DNA from: Escherichia coli
GTDB lineage: Bacteria; Pseudomonadota; Gammaproteobacteria; Enterobacterales; Enterobacteriaceae
Length of the DNA: 64,000 bases
Assembly (NCBI RefSeq): GCF_002854065.1
Contig: NZ_CP024147.1
Direction: 5' to 3' (one strand)
Under the pieces are notes generated by a model. It worked only from the letters and a program-made list of their open reading frames with translations, was not told where the DNA came from and did no database searches. Position 1 is the first letter of the stretch. Each line of letters begins with the position of its first letter. This document shows, in pieces, positions 1 to 10,590 of this stretch. The translations under genes were made by a program, and so were the position numbers.

Positions 1-132
1 AACTCTCTTTATATATTCAGCAGATAAAAATATAACTCATTAACAAAAATCATTTGTTTTTGCCCCGTTATATTCACCGTTACAGCGACTTACAAAATTA
101 AGTCATTCACTCACTGACGCCGATTAAATATT

Positions 133-141
133 CCTGTATCG
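133..141. repeat. Target-site duplication CCTGTATCG, left copy
   Basis: Identical 9-mer directly abuts both IS1 ends (133..141 and 910..918). Confidence 0.85.
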
Positions 142-156
142 GGTAATGACTCCAAC

Positions 157-660
157 TTATTGATAGTGTTTTATGTTCAGATAATGCCCGATGACTTTGT
201 CATGCAGCTCCACCGATTTTGAGAACGACAGCGACTTCCGTCCCAGCCGTGCCAGGTGCTGCCTCAGATTCAGGTTATGCCGCTCAATTCGCTGCGTATA
301 TCGCTTGCTGATTACGTGCAGCTTTCCCTTCAGGCGGGATTCATACAGCGGCCAGCCATCCGTCATCCATATCACCACGTCAAAGGGTGACAGCAGGCTC
401 ATAAGACGCCCCAGCGTCGCCATAGTGCGTTCACCGAATACGTGCGCAACAACCGTCTTCCGGAGCCTGTCATACGCGTAAAACAGCCAGCGCTGGCGCG
501 ATTTAGCCCCGACGTATCCCCACTGTTCGTCCATTTCCGCGCAGACGATGACGTCACTGCCCGGCTGTATGCGCGAGGTTACCGACTGCGGCCTGAGTTT
601 TTTAAATGGCGGAAAATCGTGTTGAGGCCAACGCCCATAATGCGGGCGGTTGCCCGGCAT
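157..660 (-). CDS. insB: IS1 InsB reading frame (167 aa); expressed as InsAB' transposase by -1 frameshift at the A6C motif (597..603, minus strand)
   Basis: ORF track 167 aa ending LNIKHYQ; reverse complement of 597..603 is AAAAAAC inside the insA/insB overlap. Confidence 0.93.
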   Translation of the reverse strand: MPGNRPHYGRWPQHDFPPFKKLRPQSVTSRIQPGSDVIVCAEMDEQWGYVGAKSRQRWLFYAYDRLRKTVVAHVFGERTMATLGRLMSLLSPFDVVIWMTDGWPLYESRLKGKLHVISKRYTQRIERHNLNLRQHLARLGRKSLSFSKSVELHDKVIGHYLNIKHYQ

Positions 661-854
661 CCAACGCCATTCATGGCCATATCAATGATTTTCTGGTGCG
701 TACCGGGTTGAGAAGCGGTGTAAGTGAACTGCAGTTGCCATGTTTTACGGCAGTGAGAGCAGAGATAGCGCTGATGTCCGGCAGTGCTTTTGCCGTTACG
801 CACCACCCCGTCAGTAGCTGAACAGGAGGGACAGCTGATAGAAACAGAAGCCAC
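579..854 (-). CDS. insA: IS1 InsA (transposition repressor, 91 aa)
   Basis: ORF track 91 aa [37 protein letters not shown]..., recognised InsA. Confidence 0.95.
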   Translation of the reverse strand: MASVSISCPSCSATDGVVRNGKSTAGHQRYLCSHCRKTWQLQFTYTASQPGTHQKIIDMAMNGVGCRATARIMGVGLNTIFRHLKNSGRSR

Positions 855-909
855 TGGAGCACCTCAAAAACACCATCATACACTAAATCAGTAAGTTGGC
901 AGCATCACC

Positions 910-918
910 CCTGTATCG
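910..918. repeat. Target-site duplication CCTGTATCG, right copy
   Basis: Identical 9-mer directly abuts both IS1 ends. Confidence 0.85.
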
Positions 919-992
919 TTCTTAATGAGCAGTCTACTTATATTCATATAATCAATGAATATTAATCAATATATAATACATAGGGAATGTAA

Positions 993-1160
993 ATGAACAA
1001 ATTTATTAAAGTTGCACTGGTAGGTGCAGTACTGGCTACGTTAACTGCATGTACTGGTCATATTGAAAACCGTGATAAGAACTGCTCTTACGACTACCTG
1101 CTGCACCCAGCAATTTCTATTTCTAAAATCATTGGCGGTTGCGGTCCTACTGCACAGTAA
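993..1160 (+). CDS. yhfL: Small lipoprotein YhfL (55 aa), MNKFIKVALVGAVLATLTAC lipobox signal; absent from the ORF track (below 60 aa)
   Basis: ATG at 993, TAA at 1158..1160; translation MNKFIKVALVGAVLATLTACTGHIENRDKNCSYDYLLHPAISISKIIGGCGPTAQ matches YhfL from memory. Confidence 0.85.
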   Translation: MNKFIKVALVGAVLATLTACTGHIENRDKNCSYDYLLHPAISISKIIGGCGPTAQ

Positions 1161-1201
1161 GTCTCTGACAGAAATCAGCTAACACCGGTTTAATTGCCCG
1201 A

Positions 1202-1236
1202 CGCCCTCTGGATTTTCCGAGGGCGTATTTGTTTCT
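1202..1236. terminator. Intrinsic terminator hairpin between convergent yhfL and yhfS (CGCCCTCTGG ... CCGAGGGCG then T-rich)
   Basis: GC-rich inverted repeat followed by TATTTGTTTCT. Confidence 0.6.
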
Positions 1237-1266
1237 GCATTCTTTTCGAAAACATCATTCACAAGA

Positions 1267-2352
1267 TTAAATACTGGCAATACTCTCACGCAAAATCCGC
1301 AGCACCGTCTCTTCACCGCTGCGATTCGGGTTAATGCGAATCGCACAATGTTCGAGTTGCGGATTCGCCTGGCGGAACGTTCCGGAAAGGCGATAAAAGA
1401 GCGGCGGGATTTCATATTTCGACTCTGCACCGACCGGGTAAGGCAACGCGCCACGCTTTTGCGCTTCTTCCAGCACCCTGGCGGCAATCGGCTGATGAAA
1501 CTCGACAATCAACACCTTCGACTGCGCATTGGCAATGACGGCGCTTTTCACTTCCGGCACTGCACCACCGTTGAGCAAAGCCAGCAACCGTTCAGATACC
1601 CCTGCCTGCACCGCGTGCATCACTGGCGCGAACACCAGCCCACGCAACACTTCCAGCGCCTGTGAGCCCTGGATCTGGCTGCCGCCGGAGTAAAGCGTGG
1701 CGCGAATCCGACTAATAACATCGGCATCGCCAACCACTGCACCAACGCCCTCCGGCCCAAACAGCTTGAAGCAGGAGAATGTCGAGACATTCGCGCCGCA
1801 TTCACAGCCGATTCGCGCCACCTTCATCACCGCATAGTTGTCATCGGTTAACGCTGGAACACCTGCCGCGCGCAACGTTGCCAGCACATCTGCCAGCACA
1901 TAGCTGTCCTGCGGCTGCTGGCGCGTATGCTGCACCAGCGCGGCATCAGGTTGTTGCTCGTCGACGACCTGCTTCAGTGCCGACAGGGCATTGAAATCAG
2001 CAGTAATAAGCGTCAGCCCCATCTGCTCAATAATAACCCGTGTCGTTGGGTAAACAGGCGCGTCATGCACCAGAAGACGCTGCCCCGGTTTGAGCAAAGC
2101 CGCCAGCCCGGCGCGAATCGCGCCAGTCCCCGCGCCCTGCACCAGCGCCGCCGCTGGTGCATGAAACGCATCTGCCAGCACCTGCTCCACCCGCTGGGTA
2201 ATGCGCGGTTGATTCAACCCTGGAGTTAACCCTAAATCACCGCCAGTAAGAAACTCGCTGCCGGGGAAATGGCGGCAGATGGTGTCCACCAGCGCAAACT
2301 GCTTTTGCTGCGCTTCATTAAGCGTCAGGCTTTGCAGAGGAAACGTCTTCAT
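1267..2352 (-). CDS. yhfS: YhfS, PLP-dependent enzyme family protein of unknown function (361 aa)
   Basis: ORF 361 aa, length and synteny match K-12 YhfS. Confidence 0.85.
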   Translation of the reverse strand: MKTFPLQSLTLNEAQQKQFALVDTICRHFPGSEFLTGGDLGLTPGLNQPRITQRVEQVLADAFHAPAAALVQGAGTGAIRAGLAALLKPGQRLLVHDAPVYPTTRVIIEQMGLTLITADFNALSALKQVVDEQQPDAALVQHTRQQPQDSYVLADVLATLRAAGVPALTDDNYAVMKVARIGCECGANVSTFSCFKLFGPEGVGAVVGDADVISRIRATLYSGGSQIQGSQALEVLRGLVFAPVMHAVQAGVSERLLALLNGGAVPEVKSAVIANAQSKVLIVEFHQPIAARVLEEAQKRGALPYPVGAESKYEIPPLFYRLSGTFRQANPQLEHCAIRINPNRSGEETVLRILRESIASI

Positions 2353-2363
2353 AGGTGCATTCC

Positions 2364-3668
2364 TTAAGCCGGAATAAACAGGCCAAACCAGTAAAGAACA
2401 TTCAGCAGGATGCCGGTGATCATTACTGCCACGACCGGTGCCGCCATTTTCTGTACCGGACGGCCCAGGGATTCGTTGAGGAAGTAAATGGCAACCGCGA
2501 TAGAGAATCCGGTATAACCCGCCATCTTAATTGCTGCGAAAATCGAACCGACCAGCAGCGCCACTTCCATCAGCATATTCATGGCGTTACGGATGTTATC
2601 CGACGCATTACGCACCGACGGGTAGCGTCCCAGCCATTTGCCGATAGAACGAAGCAGCAAGACTTCCGCCGAAATAACCACTGCGCCTAATACCGCTGCA
2701 ACCATCGGATTCGGCGAGAGATAGCCCACCGCATAAACAAAGGTAAAGCCCGCAACTGCATACACACCCGTTGCTAAGGCGGTGGTGGCAATCAACGGTA
2801 CAAAACCCAGCCCGCGCATAAATTCTGCCAGTGCCGCCTGGTTGATCAGCGTTTGCGATTGTTCCGGCGTTACGCCTGCGGAATATGCTTTCTCAAGGGT
2901 GAAGATCGACACTTCACTGCCAGCAAAAATCTTCATGCTGGCAACGGCGGCAATCAGCGCCCCTACAATAGCGATATACGGTAAGTTTTTGATAATCCGC
3001 GACGTGCGTTCTTCAAACACCGAAAGCCCGCTGGCATCGATGTCATTTTCATCACGATGACGCAGGTCGTGAGTTATCGCGATCCCCAGCAGCATCACCA
3101 TGCCAATAAAGATTTCGATGGATTCAGGGTTAAGATGTGGGAAATAGCGCACGACTACCACACGGGTCATCAGAACAACCACGGCGGCGACCAGACTTTG
3201 CTTCCAGCCAAACTGGTAGAAAATCGCCACCAGCGGGAACAGTGCAAAAGCAGAAACCACCGGCGAGCTTAATTCCCCGAGGCTACCTAATACATCCACC
3301 GGCAGCGCGGTCAGCAGCTGGTTTACTGGCAACAGGCAAGTAAGGATCAACACGCCCCAGATAGCGCCAAGACCAAACGCCATCAGGCTGTTTATCGCCA
3401 GTACGCCGAGGATATCGGTAGGAAGAAAGAGTAACCATGCGTTTAGCAGCCCGGTTTTCAGGGTAAAAGAGATCCCCACCGAGGCCACAAAACCAATGCT
3501 CAGACCAAAAGCGATACTCCCCGCCTCGCGACGGTTCATATAGCCTTCAATCAGTTGCGGCAGGATCGGGCGGATGCCGTCATGAAAAACAGCCGCCGAG
3601 CGATGCGCCAGAAGCGATGTCATACCCGTCAGGCACGCCACCACGATAATCTGAATATACAGATCCAT
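2364..3668 (-). CDS. yhfT: YhfT, multi-pass inner-membrane protein, putative transporter (434 aa)
   Basis: ORF 434 aa, highly hydrophobic; synteny. Confidence 0.85.
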   Translation of the reverse strand: MDLYIQIIVVACLTGMTSLLAHRSAAVFHDGIRPILPQLIEGYMNRREAGSIAFGLSIGFVASVGISFTLKTGLLNAWLLFLPTDILGVLAINSLMAFGLGAIWGVLILTCLLPVNQLLTALPVDVLGSLGELSSPVVSAFALFPLVAIFYQFGWKQSLVAAVVVLMTRVVVVRYFPHLNPESIEIFIGMVMLLGIAITHDLRHRDENDIDASGLSVFEERTSRIIKNLPYIAIVGALIAAVASMKIFAGSEVSIFTLEKAYSAGVTPEQSQTLINQAALAEFMRGLGFVPLIATTALATGVYAVAGFTFVYAVGYLSPNPMVAAVLGAVVISAEVLLLRSIGKWLGRYPSVRNASDNIRNAMNMLMEVALLVGSIFAAIKMAGYTGFSIAVAIYFLNESLGRPVQKMAAPVVAVMITGILLNVLYWFGLFIPA

Positions 3669-3679
3669 AGTCGTGCCTT

Positions 3680-4033
3680 TTATTTCAGATGGTTAATCAG
3701 CATCGGAATCGCGTGTTCGACGTGCTCAACGGAAAGGCCAAACGCCACTTTTCCTTCAGCGATCATTTTGGCGATATGCTCGTCTTTCGCTTTAATGCCT
3801 GGTTTGGCAATGGTGCAACTTTTGTTATAGCCAATCACCGCGATGGCAATCGACAATGCCGCGCCCGCACCGGTATTACACGCGCCGATGTAATAATCCA
3901 GTTGCCCGGATTTCACCTTCATTGCCGCTTCCATGTCGTTGTGAATGAAAACTTCAAAACAGCCAGGAGCCGTCGCTTCAATAGTTTTTTTAATCTGCTC
4001 ACGCTGTAAGCCTGCAACGCCAATCTTTTTCAT
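3680..4033 (-). CDS. yhfU: YhfU (DUF2620 family, 117 aa); ORF-track start at 4072 is probably an over-extension
   Basis: Internal Met MKKIGVAGL gives the K-12 length of 117 aa. Confidence 0.75.
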   Translation of the reverse strand: MKKIGVAGLQREQIKKTIEATAPGCFEVFIHNDMEAAMKVKSGQLDYYIGACNTGAGAALSIAIAVIGYNKSCTIAKPGIKAKDEHIAKMIAEGKVAFGLSVEHVEHAIPMLINHLK

Positions 4034-4043
4034 GAGTCTGTCC

Positions 4044-4922
4044 TTATTGGAAAAATTGAGAGGGATTTTCACGTAACATCACATCCACATCGGCCTGACT
4101 GAATCCTGACTGGCGCAATTGCGGAATAAAGGTGGTTAGTAAATAGTCATAGCCATAACCACCGTTGGCTTTTAAATGGGAGCGGCGCGTAATATCCATC
4201 GACAGCATGACGCGGTTCAGCAACCCACGGTCGCGTAGCGCATGAAGCATCGCAATACGCTTTTCGTCCGGGTAGTAACTGTTCTTACCAATGGTGTCGA
4301 ACTGCACATACGCGCCGAGATCGATCATCTTCAAAATGTTGTCGAGGTTGTCTTTCAGATCGCAGTGACCAACGGTGACGCGCGAAAGATCAACTCCGTG
4401 GGCTTGCAACAAAGCCAGTTGCTCCAGCCCCATCGTGCTGAACGACGTATGCGTGGAGATCGGGCGTCCGGTCTGGTTATGTGCCAGCGCGGCGGCAATA
4501 AATACCTTCTCTTCCAGCGGCGTAATCTTCCCTTCGCTGGAGCCGATCTCCGCGATGATCCCGGCTTTCAGTTCCGTGCCATCGATACCCTGCTCAATTT
4601 CATCGACCATCTCCTGCGCCAGTTCCTGCACGCTGCGGGTCGCCACATGTTCCGGGAAAAACGCGTCCTGGTAATAACCGGTACAGGCCACCACGTTGAT
4701 CCCCGTCTCGCGCATTACATCGAGCATAAATTGCGCATTGCGCCCCATGTAACGGTTGGTCATCTCAATCACATTACGCACGCCCCGGGCCATCAGGTCG
4801 TTCATCTCCTGGCAAATGAACGAATACTGATCAAGGCGGCAGTCCACGTTGTTTTTAAAGCCGGAGAGATCAATATGCAGATGCTCATGGGCGAGGGTGT
4901 AACCCGTCGGATCAAAACTCAT
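4044..4922 (-). CDS. php: Php, phosphotriesterase-homology protein (amidohydrolase superfamily, 292 aa)
   Basis: ORF 292 aa, HxH metal-binding start [20 protein letters not shown]; synteny. Confidence 0.9.
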   Translation of the reverse strand: MSFDPTGYTLAHEHLHIDLSGFKNNVDCRLDQYSFICQEMNDLMARGVRNVIEMTNRYMGRNAQFMLDVMRETGINVVACTGYYQDAFFPEHVATRSVQELAQEMVDEIEQGIDGTELKAGIIAEIGSSEGKITPLEEKVFIAAALAHNQTGRPISTHTSFSTMGLEQLALLQAHGVDLSRVTVGHCDLKDNLDNILKMIDLGAYVQFDTIGKNSYYPDEKRIAMLHALRDRGLLNRVMLSMDITRRSHLKANGGYGYDYLLTTFIPQLRQSGFSQADVDVMLRENPSQFFQ

Positions 4923-6145
4923 AGGGTGTCTCCTGCAAACCGGAGGGAGGAAAGAAAAGAGCGACCATTTTGTGGCGGTGGCGCACGGAAAAATTCACAC
5001 ACGGTAGCCCCCACATCAGAAAGCGTGGTGCGCACACCGATCTGCGTAGTGACCAGCCCTTGCTGATAAACCAGCACTGGCACCACTTCACGGGTATGGT
5101 GGCTGTGACCAATGGTCGGATCGTTACCGTGATCCGCCATCACGACCAGGCAATCATCTGGCTGCATCGCCTCGACAAGCCGGGCAAGATTACGGTCAAC
5201 GACCTGCAAACGTTCGGCATAACTTGCGACGTCTTCTGCGTGACCAGCGAGGTCGGTTTCCTGAATGTTGGTGCAAATAAACGCTGTCTGATGGGTGATA
5301 AATTCGTCGAGGGTGATATCCATAATCCGCTGGCTATCCACCAGATTTTGCCAGCTCACGCCATAAGGATTGTTGACGATATCTGCCACCTTACCCACCA
5401 GCACGGTTGGCACGCCTGCTTCATACAGTTTTTGTGGCACCTGCACTTTTTCATCGACGCCATAGCCCATATGCACGACCTGGAAACCGTTGTCATAAGC
5501 GCCAGAACGCGGCGCATTAATACCAATAAAGCGCCCTTCTTTGCTTTCTGCGGCATCGAGAATACGCTGACTGTCGGTTAACAGGCCGCCAAATGTAATG
5601 ACCCGACCGACCTGTACCTGGTCACGCACGATACGACCAATTTTGATTGCGTCGTCAAAAGAGATCACAGAGAGATTGGCGGTAATGTTATAGACTTGGC
5701 CTAAATCCGCCTCGAGATTATCGCCAATCGCAACCGCCTGATTGACTCACAGAAATTGCAGTTCATCGCCACGGCGCTCCACCTGCCAACCGGCGGATAC
5801 TAATGCCTGCTCAACACGGTCAATCACATCGCGAAAGGGCATCCGCAGCGGCGGTAACGGGCGCGTGCCTAAAATTTCCTGATGCCCCATAAAGGTATCG
5901 CCACCTTCATGTTGCAGCTCTGCCACACCCCAGGTTGCGGAGTCTGACGGCTGCATATCACCTGGCGCATAACCCAATGCGTTGATTAGCCCCAGCTTCT
6001 CCAGCGTTGGTAGCTGCAAATGCGGCAGCTGGCTCAGGATGTGACCACAGGTATTCGCTCCGGCATCTTGCGGGCGCACCAGCGTGACATCTTTCATTGC
6101 ACCTACGCCAAAGCTATCAATCACTAACACCACAAATCGCGCCAT
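4919..6145 (-). pseudogene. yhfW: yhfW (phosphopentomutase-like, 408 codons) interrupted by an in-frame TGA at 5747..5749 (codon 133)
   Basis: ORFs 5747..6145 and 4919..5668 are in the same frame; the combined span of 1227 nt equals K-12 YhfW of 408 aa plus stop. Confidence 0.8.
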
Positions 6146-7308
6146 TACGCCTCCAGAGAGTTTCCAAGACTGTCATAACGACCGACAATTTCCGGTTCGC
6201 CACGCTGAATACCCGATACCAACACCACATCACTGCGGGTAACAAAAATCTGCGTACGAAAACAGAACACTACGGCACTACTCACCGGAAACTCGCCTGC
6301 TAACGGCAGGTAATAGTCGATACTGCTGTCATCCACAGTTTTGAGATTTGTTTCAGTAATCTTTTGATTTTCTGGCGTAAACACCAGCGCATGTTGCGCA
6401 TGACCACGACGGTAATAACCGCCGCCGTAGCAGTAGCTGTCGCCACGGAAATGGTGGGAAATTTCACTTAACCAAAGCATCGCGATACGTTCAGGCTGAT
6501 CGCCCTGCTGGTTTGCCGGAATTGTGCCCGTCAGCGCATGACCGGGTTCGGCATGAGTCACACCGTATTGCGCCAGCAATGGCAACGAAGTGCAGCTGGT
6601 CGCAGAAGGTGCGTTCAGTTGCTCAATCGCAATACCAGATTTCGCCAGTTGATCCCGTGCCTGTATCAGCGTGTGAAGATTCGGTGTCGGCAAAACTTTC
6701 CCGGCAGCCTCATCCCAAAGCAGGCAAGGGAAATGGGTTAGTCCGGCTAAATGCAGCCCCGGCAGTTTCTTAATTTCAGCAACCACCTCGTGCAGCGAAT
6801 GCTGTACAAAACCGCTCTCCTGCCCCGGATAAAGAAAATCATCGTCGCTATAAACTTTGAGCAGCACAGACTGGATTCGCCCGGCTTTCACCGCCGCCGC
6901 AGAAACTTCCCGCGCTTTGTCGAGAGTAAACACGGTGATGACGTCGGTGCCCTGTTCAACGGCGTCAGCAACCTGATGACAAGGGATTTGTACCAGATGC
7001 CCCTGATGCGCCACCGGCAAACCAGCGCGGCGCATGACTCGCGCCTCTTTGTAATCCACCGCCACAATGCCGCTGTAGCCCAACGCCAGCAGTTTTTCCG
7101 CCAGCCATGGGTTACGACCGAATTGTTTGGTCATCAGATACAGTTCAATGCCGTAAAGCCGCGCCGTCTCAATCTGCCGCTTACCGTTTTCCAGTATCTG
7201 ATCCACGTCGATCACCCAGCTGTCCGGGGCGATCTTGCCCTGCTGCCACAGACTTAAAGCGGCGGAAATCAGCGCCGGGTTCTGGCGTTTCAATGCTTCT
7301 ACAAACAT
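6145..7308 (-). CDS. yhfX: YhfX, alanine-racemase-fold (fold type III PLP) protein, 387 aa
   Basis: ORF 387 aa; synteny; 4-nt ATGA-type overlap with yhfW start. Confidence 0.85.
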   Translation of the reverse strand: MFVEALKRQNPALISAALSLWQQGKIAPDSWVIDVDQILENGKRQIETARLYGIELYLMTKQFGRNPWLAEKLLALGYSGIVAVDYKEARVMRRAGLPVAHQGHLVQIPCHQVADAVEQGTDVITVFTLDKAREVSAAAVKAGRIQSVLLKVYSDDDFLYPGQESGFVQHSLHEVVAEIKKLPGLHLAGLTHFPCLLWDEAAGKVLPTPNLHTLIQARDQLAKSGIAIEQLNAPSATSCTSLPLLAQYGVTHAEPGHALTGTIPANQQGDQPERIAMLWLSEISHHFRGDSYCYGGGYYRRGHAQHALVFTPENQKITETNLKTVDDSSIDYYLPLAGEFPVSSAVVFCFRTQIFVTRSDVVLVSGIQRGEPEIVGRYDSLGNSLEA

Positions 7309-7391
7309 CTTGTTGCCTCGTTTCTGTTCCTTGAATTAAATATTCATTTTTTTGAATATTTAGATTGTGCGACGTGGATTTGCCGAATGCC

Positions 7392-7754
7392 TCAGATACT
7401 TTCGTTAGCAGCCATCCATAATCCATAAAGGTTGGCCAGCAAATAGCCTTCTTCACACGGGTTAACTTCCAGTGCGAATTCCTTCAACAACACCTGATGC
7501 AATTGCACAACGGCTTGCCAGTGGCTGGATTGCGCCAGCTCTGCCAGCAACTCGTTATCCAGTGGCTCAATTTCTTCACCACGGCGACTGCGCATCAGTG
7601 CACTCGCCATATGTGTCATCGCCATCGTTCCTTGCTCACTGCGCACCGGCAGATGGCACTCTGTTTCCAGTACCTTGACGACCTGCATCATGCCTTTGCA
7701 GATGTCCTTATCAATAACGCCTGCATCGCAAAGCAGGTTGAGTCTGGTTTCCAT
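7392..7754 (-). CDS. yhfY: YhfY (120 aa); start taken at internal Met METRLNL
   Basis: K-12 length 120 aa; ORF-track start at 7796 would overlap yhfZ. Confidence 0.75.
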   Translation of the reverse strand: METRLNLLCDAGVIDKDICKGMMQVVKVLETECHLPVRSEQGTMAMTHMASALMRSRRGEEIEPLDNELLAELAQSSHWQAVVQLHQVLLKEFALEVNPCEEGYLLANLYGLWMAANESI

Positions 7755-7770
7755 ATCAGATGCCTTTCGT

Positions 7771-8676
7771 TTAATAACTCGGTTCCTGTTCCCCACTCAC
7801 CACCCGTTGTTGATGGGCGAGCAGGGCGTGTTTATCTACAACGGCACGCAGCAGTTGTTGCATTGGGTAATCATCGACTCGCGTCAGGACCACGGCTTCG
7901 GTGGCCTGTAAAAATCGCGGATCGTCTGTGAGCGGCGTCGCCTCTAATCCCAGCATGGTCAGTTCGTTTTCCGCCACCACGTTCCAGATAACCGCATCAA
8001 CATCGCCTTTAACAATGCGTTGTAAACTCTCGTGATAAGAGAGATCGACTCGTTCCACATCACTACCGCCAAAAAAGACATCAGTCATGATTTTCTGATC
8101 CGCCGAACGGTTATCCAGCCCCACGCGCTTCACGTTTGCGGACTCGCCTTTACGGCAAATCAACTGGTGCTCGCCAACGTAGGTGTGCGGCCCCAACTCC
8201 AGCGCGAGGCATAACCCTTTTTGCGTGAGATAACTTTCCGCCGCCAGTCGGGAAACCACCGCCATGTCATACACGCCGTTAAGTAAACACTCCACGCGAA
8301 TATCCGCGCCGCGCATATGCGCATAGTAAAAAGGAATGCCATCAAACTGGGCTTTCAATCCGCTCGCTAAACCTTCGTACAAGCGGGTATAGGGCAAAGG
8401 CATCGCACATACCACGTTGTTGATATCCACATGACTCAGCAATGCTTTGTTATCCATCTCGACCAGATAACTGCCATTGCGCCCACGGCGTTCAATCCGT
8501 ATCGCTCCGCTTGATTCCAGCGTTTTCAACGCGGCCTGCGTCAGGCCAACGGATGAACGGCATTCAGTGGCCAGTTCATCTATAGTTTTCAATCGGTTAC
8601 CGCACTTTTCACCCAACAAATAACGGGCCAGCGTCGTGATGACGACGCCTTCTTTTTTGATAAACGTTCGACGCAT
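7771..8676 (-). CDS. yhfZ: YhfZ, putative regulator with N-terminal HTH (301 aa)
   Basis: ORF 301 aa; synteny. Confidence 0.85.
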   Translation of the reverse strand: MRRTFIKKEGVVITTLARYLLGEKCGNRLKTIDELATECRSSVGLTQAALKTLESSGAIRIERRGRNGSYLVEMDNKALLSHVDINNVVCAMPLPYTRLYEGLASGLKAQFDGIPFYYAHMRGADIRVECLLNGVYDMAVVSRLAAESYLTQKGLCLALELGPHTYVGEHQLICRKGESANVKRVGLDNRSADQKIMTDVFFGGSDVERVDLSYHESLQRIVKGDVDAVIWNVVAENELTMLGLEATPLTDDPRFLQATEAVVLTRVDDYPMQQLLRAVVDKHALLAHQQRVVSGEQEPSY

Positions 8677-8834
8677 AATAAATTTTCAGTAAATTGAATA
8701 TTTATATCTTCAGGAATTTGAAGATAAGGCGCAACTGTGAGATGTGGAAACGGCGAGGCGCTTCACATTTTTTCGGATTATTGCAAATGAGGATAAAAAA
8801 ACCGGGTTTCCCCGGTTTTGGCATTAATGTTAAA

Positions 8835-9839
8835 TTACGGCTTCGCCACAAAACCAATCGCTTCGTACACCGCTTTTAGCGTACGGGAAGCGTGCGCGCT
8901 GGCTTTTTCTGCGCCGTCTTTCATCACCTGTTGCAGGAAGGCTTCATCGTTGCGGAAACGGTGGTAACGTTCCTGCAATTCAGTCAGCATACCGGAAACG
9001 GCATCAGCCACTTCACCTTTCAGATGACCATACATCTTGCCTTCGAACTGTTTTTCCAATTCCGGGATACTCTGGCCCGTTACCGCAGAAAGGATATCCA
9101 GCAGGTTGGAAACGCCCGCTTTGTTCTGCACATCGTAGCGAACTACCGGCGGCTCGTCGGAGTCGGTGACCGCGCGTTTGATTTTCTTCACTACCGATTT
9201 CGGATCTTCCAGCAGGCCAATAACGTTATTGCGGTTATCGTCAGACTTGGACATCTTCTTGGTCGGCTCCAGCAGCGACATTACGCGCGCGCCGGATTTC
9301 GGAATAAACGGCTCCGGCACCTTAAAGATATCGCCGTACAGCGCGTTGAAACGCTGGGCGATATCACGGCTCAGTTCCAGGTGCTGTTTCTGGTCTTCAC
9401 CCACCGGTACCAGATTAGTTTGATACAGCAGGATGTCCGCTGCCATCAGCACCGGATAGTCAAACAGACCAGCGTTGATGTTCTCGGCATAACGCGCAGA
9501 TTTATCTTTAAACTGCGTCATGCGGCTCAGTTCGCCGAAGTAGGTATAGCAGTTCAGTGCCCAGCCTAACTGCGCATGTTCCGGTACGTGGGACTGAACA
9601 AAAATGGTGCTTTTCTCAGGATCGATACCACAAGCCAGATACAAGGCCAGCGTATCCAGCGTCGCTTTACGCAGCTTCTGTGCATCCTGGCGCACGGTGA
9701 TCGCGTGTTGGTCAACGATACAGTAAATGCAATGGTAGTCATCCTGCATGTTTACCCACTGACGCAGCGCACCCATGTAGTTACCAATGGTCAATTCACC
9801 TGAGGGCTGTGCGCCACTAAAAACGATGGGCTTAGTCAT
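8835..9839 (-). CDS. trpS: Tryptophanyl-tRNA synthetase (334 aa), HIGH-like TIGN and KMSKS motifs
   Basis: ORF contains [10 protein letters not shown] and KMSKS. Confidence 0.97.
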   Translation of the reverse strand: MTKPIVFSGAQPSGELTIGNYMGALRQWVNMQDDYHCIYCIVDQHAITVRQDAQKLRKATLDTLALYLACGIDPEKSTIFVQSHVPEHAQLGWALNCYTYFGELSRMTQFKDKSARYAENINAGLFDYPVLMAADILLYQTNLVPVGEDQKQHLELSRDIAQRFNALYGDIFKVPEPFIPKSGARVMSLLEPTKKMSKSDDNRNNVIGLLEDPKSVVKKIKRAVTDSDEPPVVRYDVQNKAGVSNLLDILSAVTGQSIPELEKQFEGKMYGHLKGEVADAVSGMLTELQERYHRFRNDEAFLQQVMKDGAEKASAHASRTLKAVYEAIGFVAKP

Positions 9840-10590
9840 TTTTCGATTCCTGATTTTCGCTATGCGGAAGCCCTAATGCGGGCAGAAGGTCATTTATAGA
9901 CTGATAAATTACATCAGGCTGGCTGAGATCGATAGCCTCGCCGTAGTTATATCCGTAGGTTAAGCCAACTGATGGGCAACCTGCCGCTTTTGCTGCCTGA
10001 ATATCATTGCGTGAGTCGCCAACAAACAGCATCTGTTGTGGAGCAATTCCCATCCGCTCAGCCACCAGTAACAGCGGGTCCGGATGCGGTTTTTTGTTTT
10101 GCACATCATCACCACCAATCACCACGCTGAAGTATTTGGCGATATCTAAGGCTTCGAGCAGCGGCGCGACGAACGGCGTCGGTTTGTTGGTGACCAGGCC
10201 TAGCGGCAGGCCTTTAGCCTGCAACGCGCCCAACGTATCGGCAACGTGCGGGAACAAAAACGTCCCCTCTTCGGCAACCTCGCCATAGTAGCGATCGAAC
10301 AGTTTACGCAGAATACGTACCTGTTCTTCTGCCGGAATGTCGTCATCAACGGGCGGTTTACCCATTGTTTTACGCAGAGTCGCACGTTCCTGACGCGCCC
10401 AGGTCAATGCGCGCTCCATCAGAACATCTGCGCCGTTACCAATCCAGGTAATAACGCGTTCTTCACCTGCGACGGGCAACTCCAGCGCATACAGCGCCAT
10501 ATCTACCGCAGCAGCAAGACCGGGAGCACTGTCCACCAGCGTACCGTCGAGATCAAAAGCGACGCCGCGAATATCTTCAAACTTACTCAT
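9832..10590 (-). CDS. gph: Phosphoglycolate phosphatase (HAD family, 252 aa)
   Basis: HAD motif FDLDGTL; overlaps trpS start by 8 nt. Confidence 0.95.
   Translation of the reverse strand: MSKFEDIRGVAFDLDGTLVDSAPGLAAAVDMALYALELPVAGEERVITWIGNGADVLMERALTWARQERATLRKTMGKPPVDDDIPAEEQVRILRKLFDRYYGEVAEEGTFLFPHVADTLGALQAKGLPLGLVTNKPTPFVAPLLEALDIAKYFSVVIGGDDVQNKKPHPDPLLLVAERMGIAPQQMLFVGDSRNDIQAAKAAGCPSVGLTYGYNYGEAIDLSQPDVIYQSINDLLPALGLPHSENQESKND

Larger units (their letters stand above)
142..909 (-). mobile_element. IS1: IS1 insertion sequence, complete 768 bp, with terminal inverted repeats (left end GGTAATGACTCCAACTTATTGAT, right end ATCAGTAAGTTGGCAGCATCACC)
   Basis: Sequence matches the canonical IS1 over its full length from memory; insA and insB ORFs present; flanked by 9-bp direct repeats. 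Confidence 0.95.

Noticed and set aside
4242-5066. 274-aa plus-strand ORF
   Set aside because: Entirely antisense to php and yhfW; shadow ORF in a GC-rich coding region with no independent support.
5747-5749. TGA in yhfW as a selenocysteine codon
   Set aside because: The phosphopentomutase-like family is not known to contain selenoproteins and I saw no convincing SECIS-like hairpin immediately downstream; nonsense mutation or sequencing error is more parsimonious.
8694-8879. 61-aa ORF between yhfZ and trpS
   Set aside because: Lies in the trpS leader/terminator region and overlaps the trpS 3' end on the opposite strand; no coding signal.
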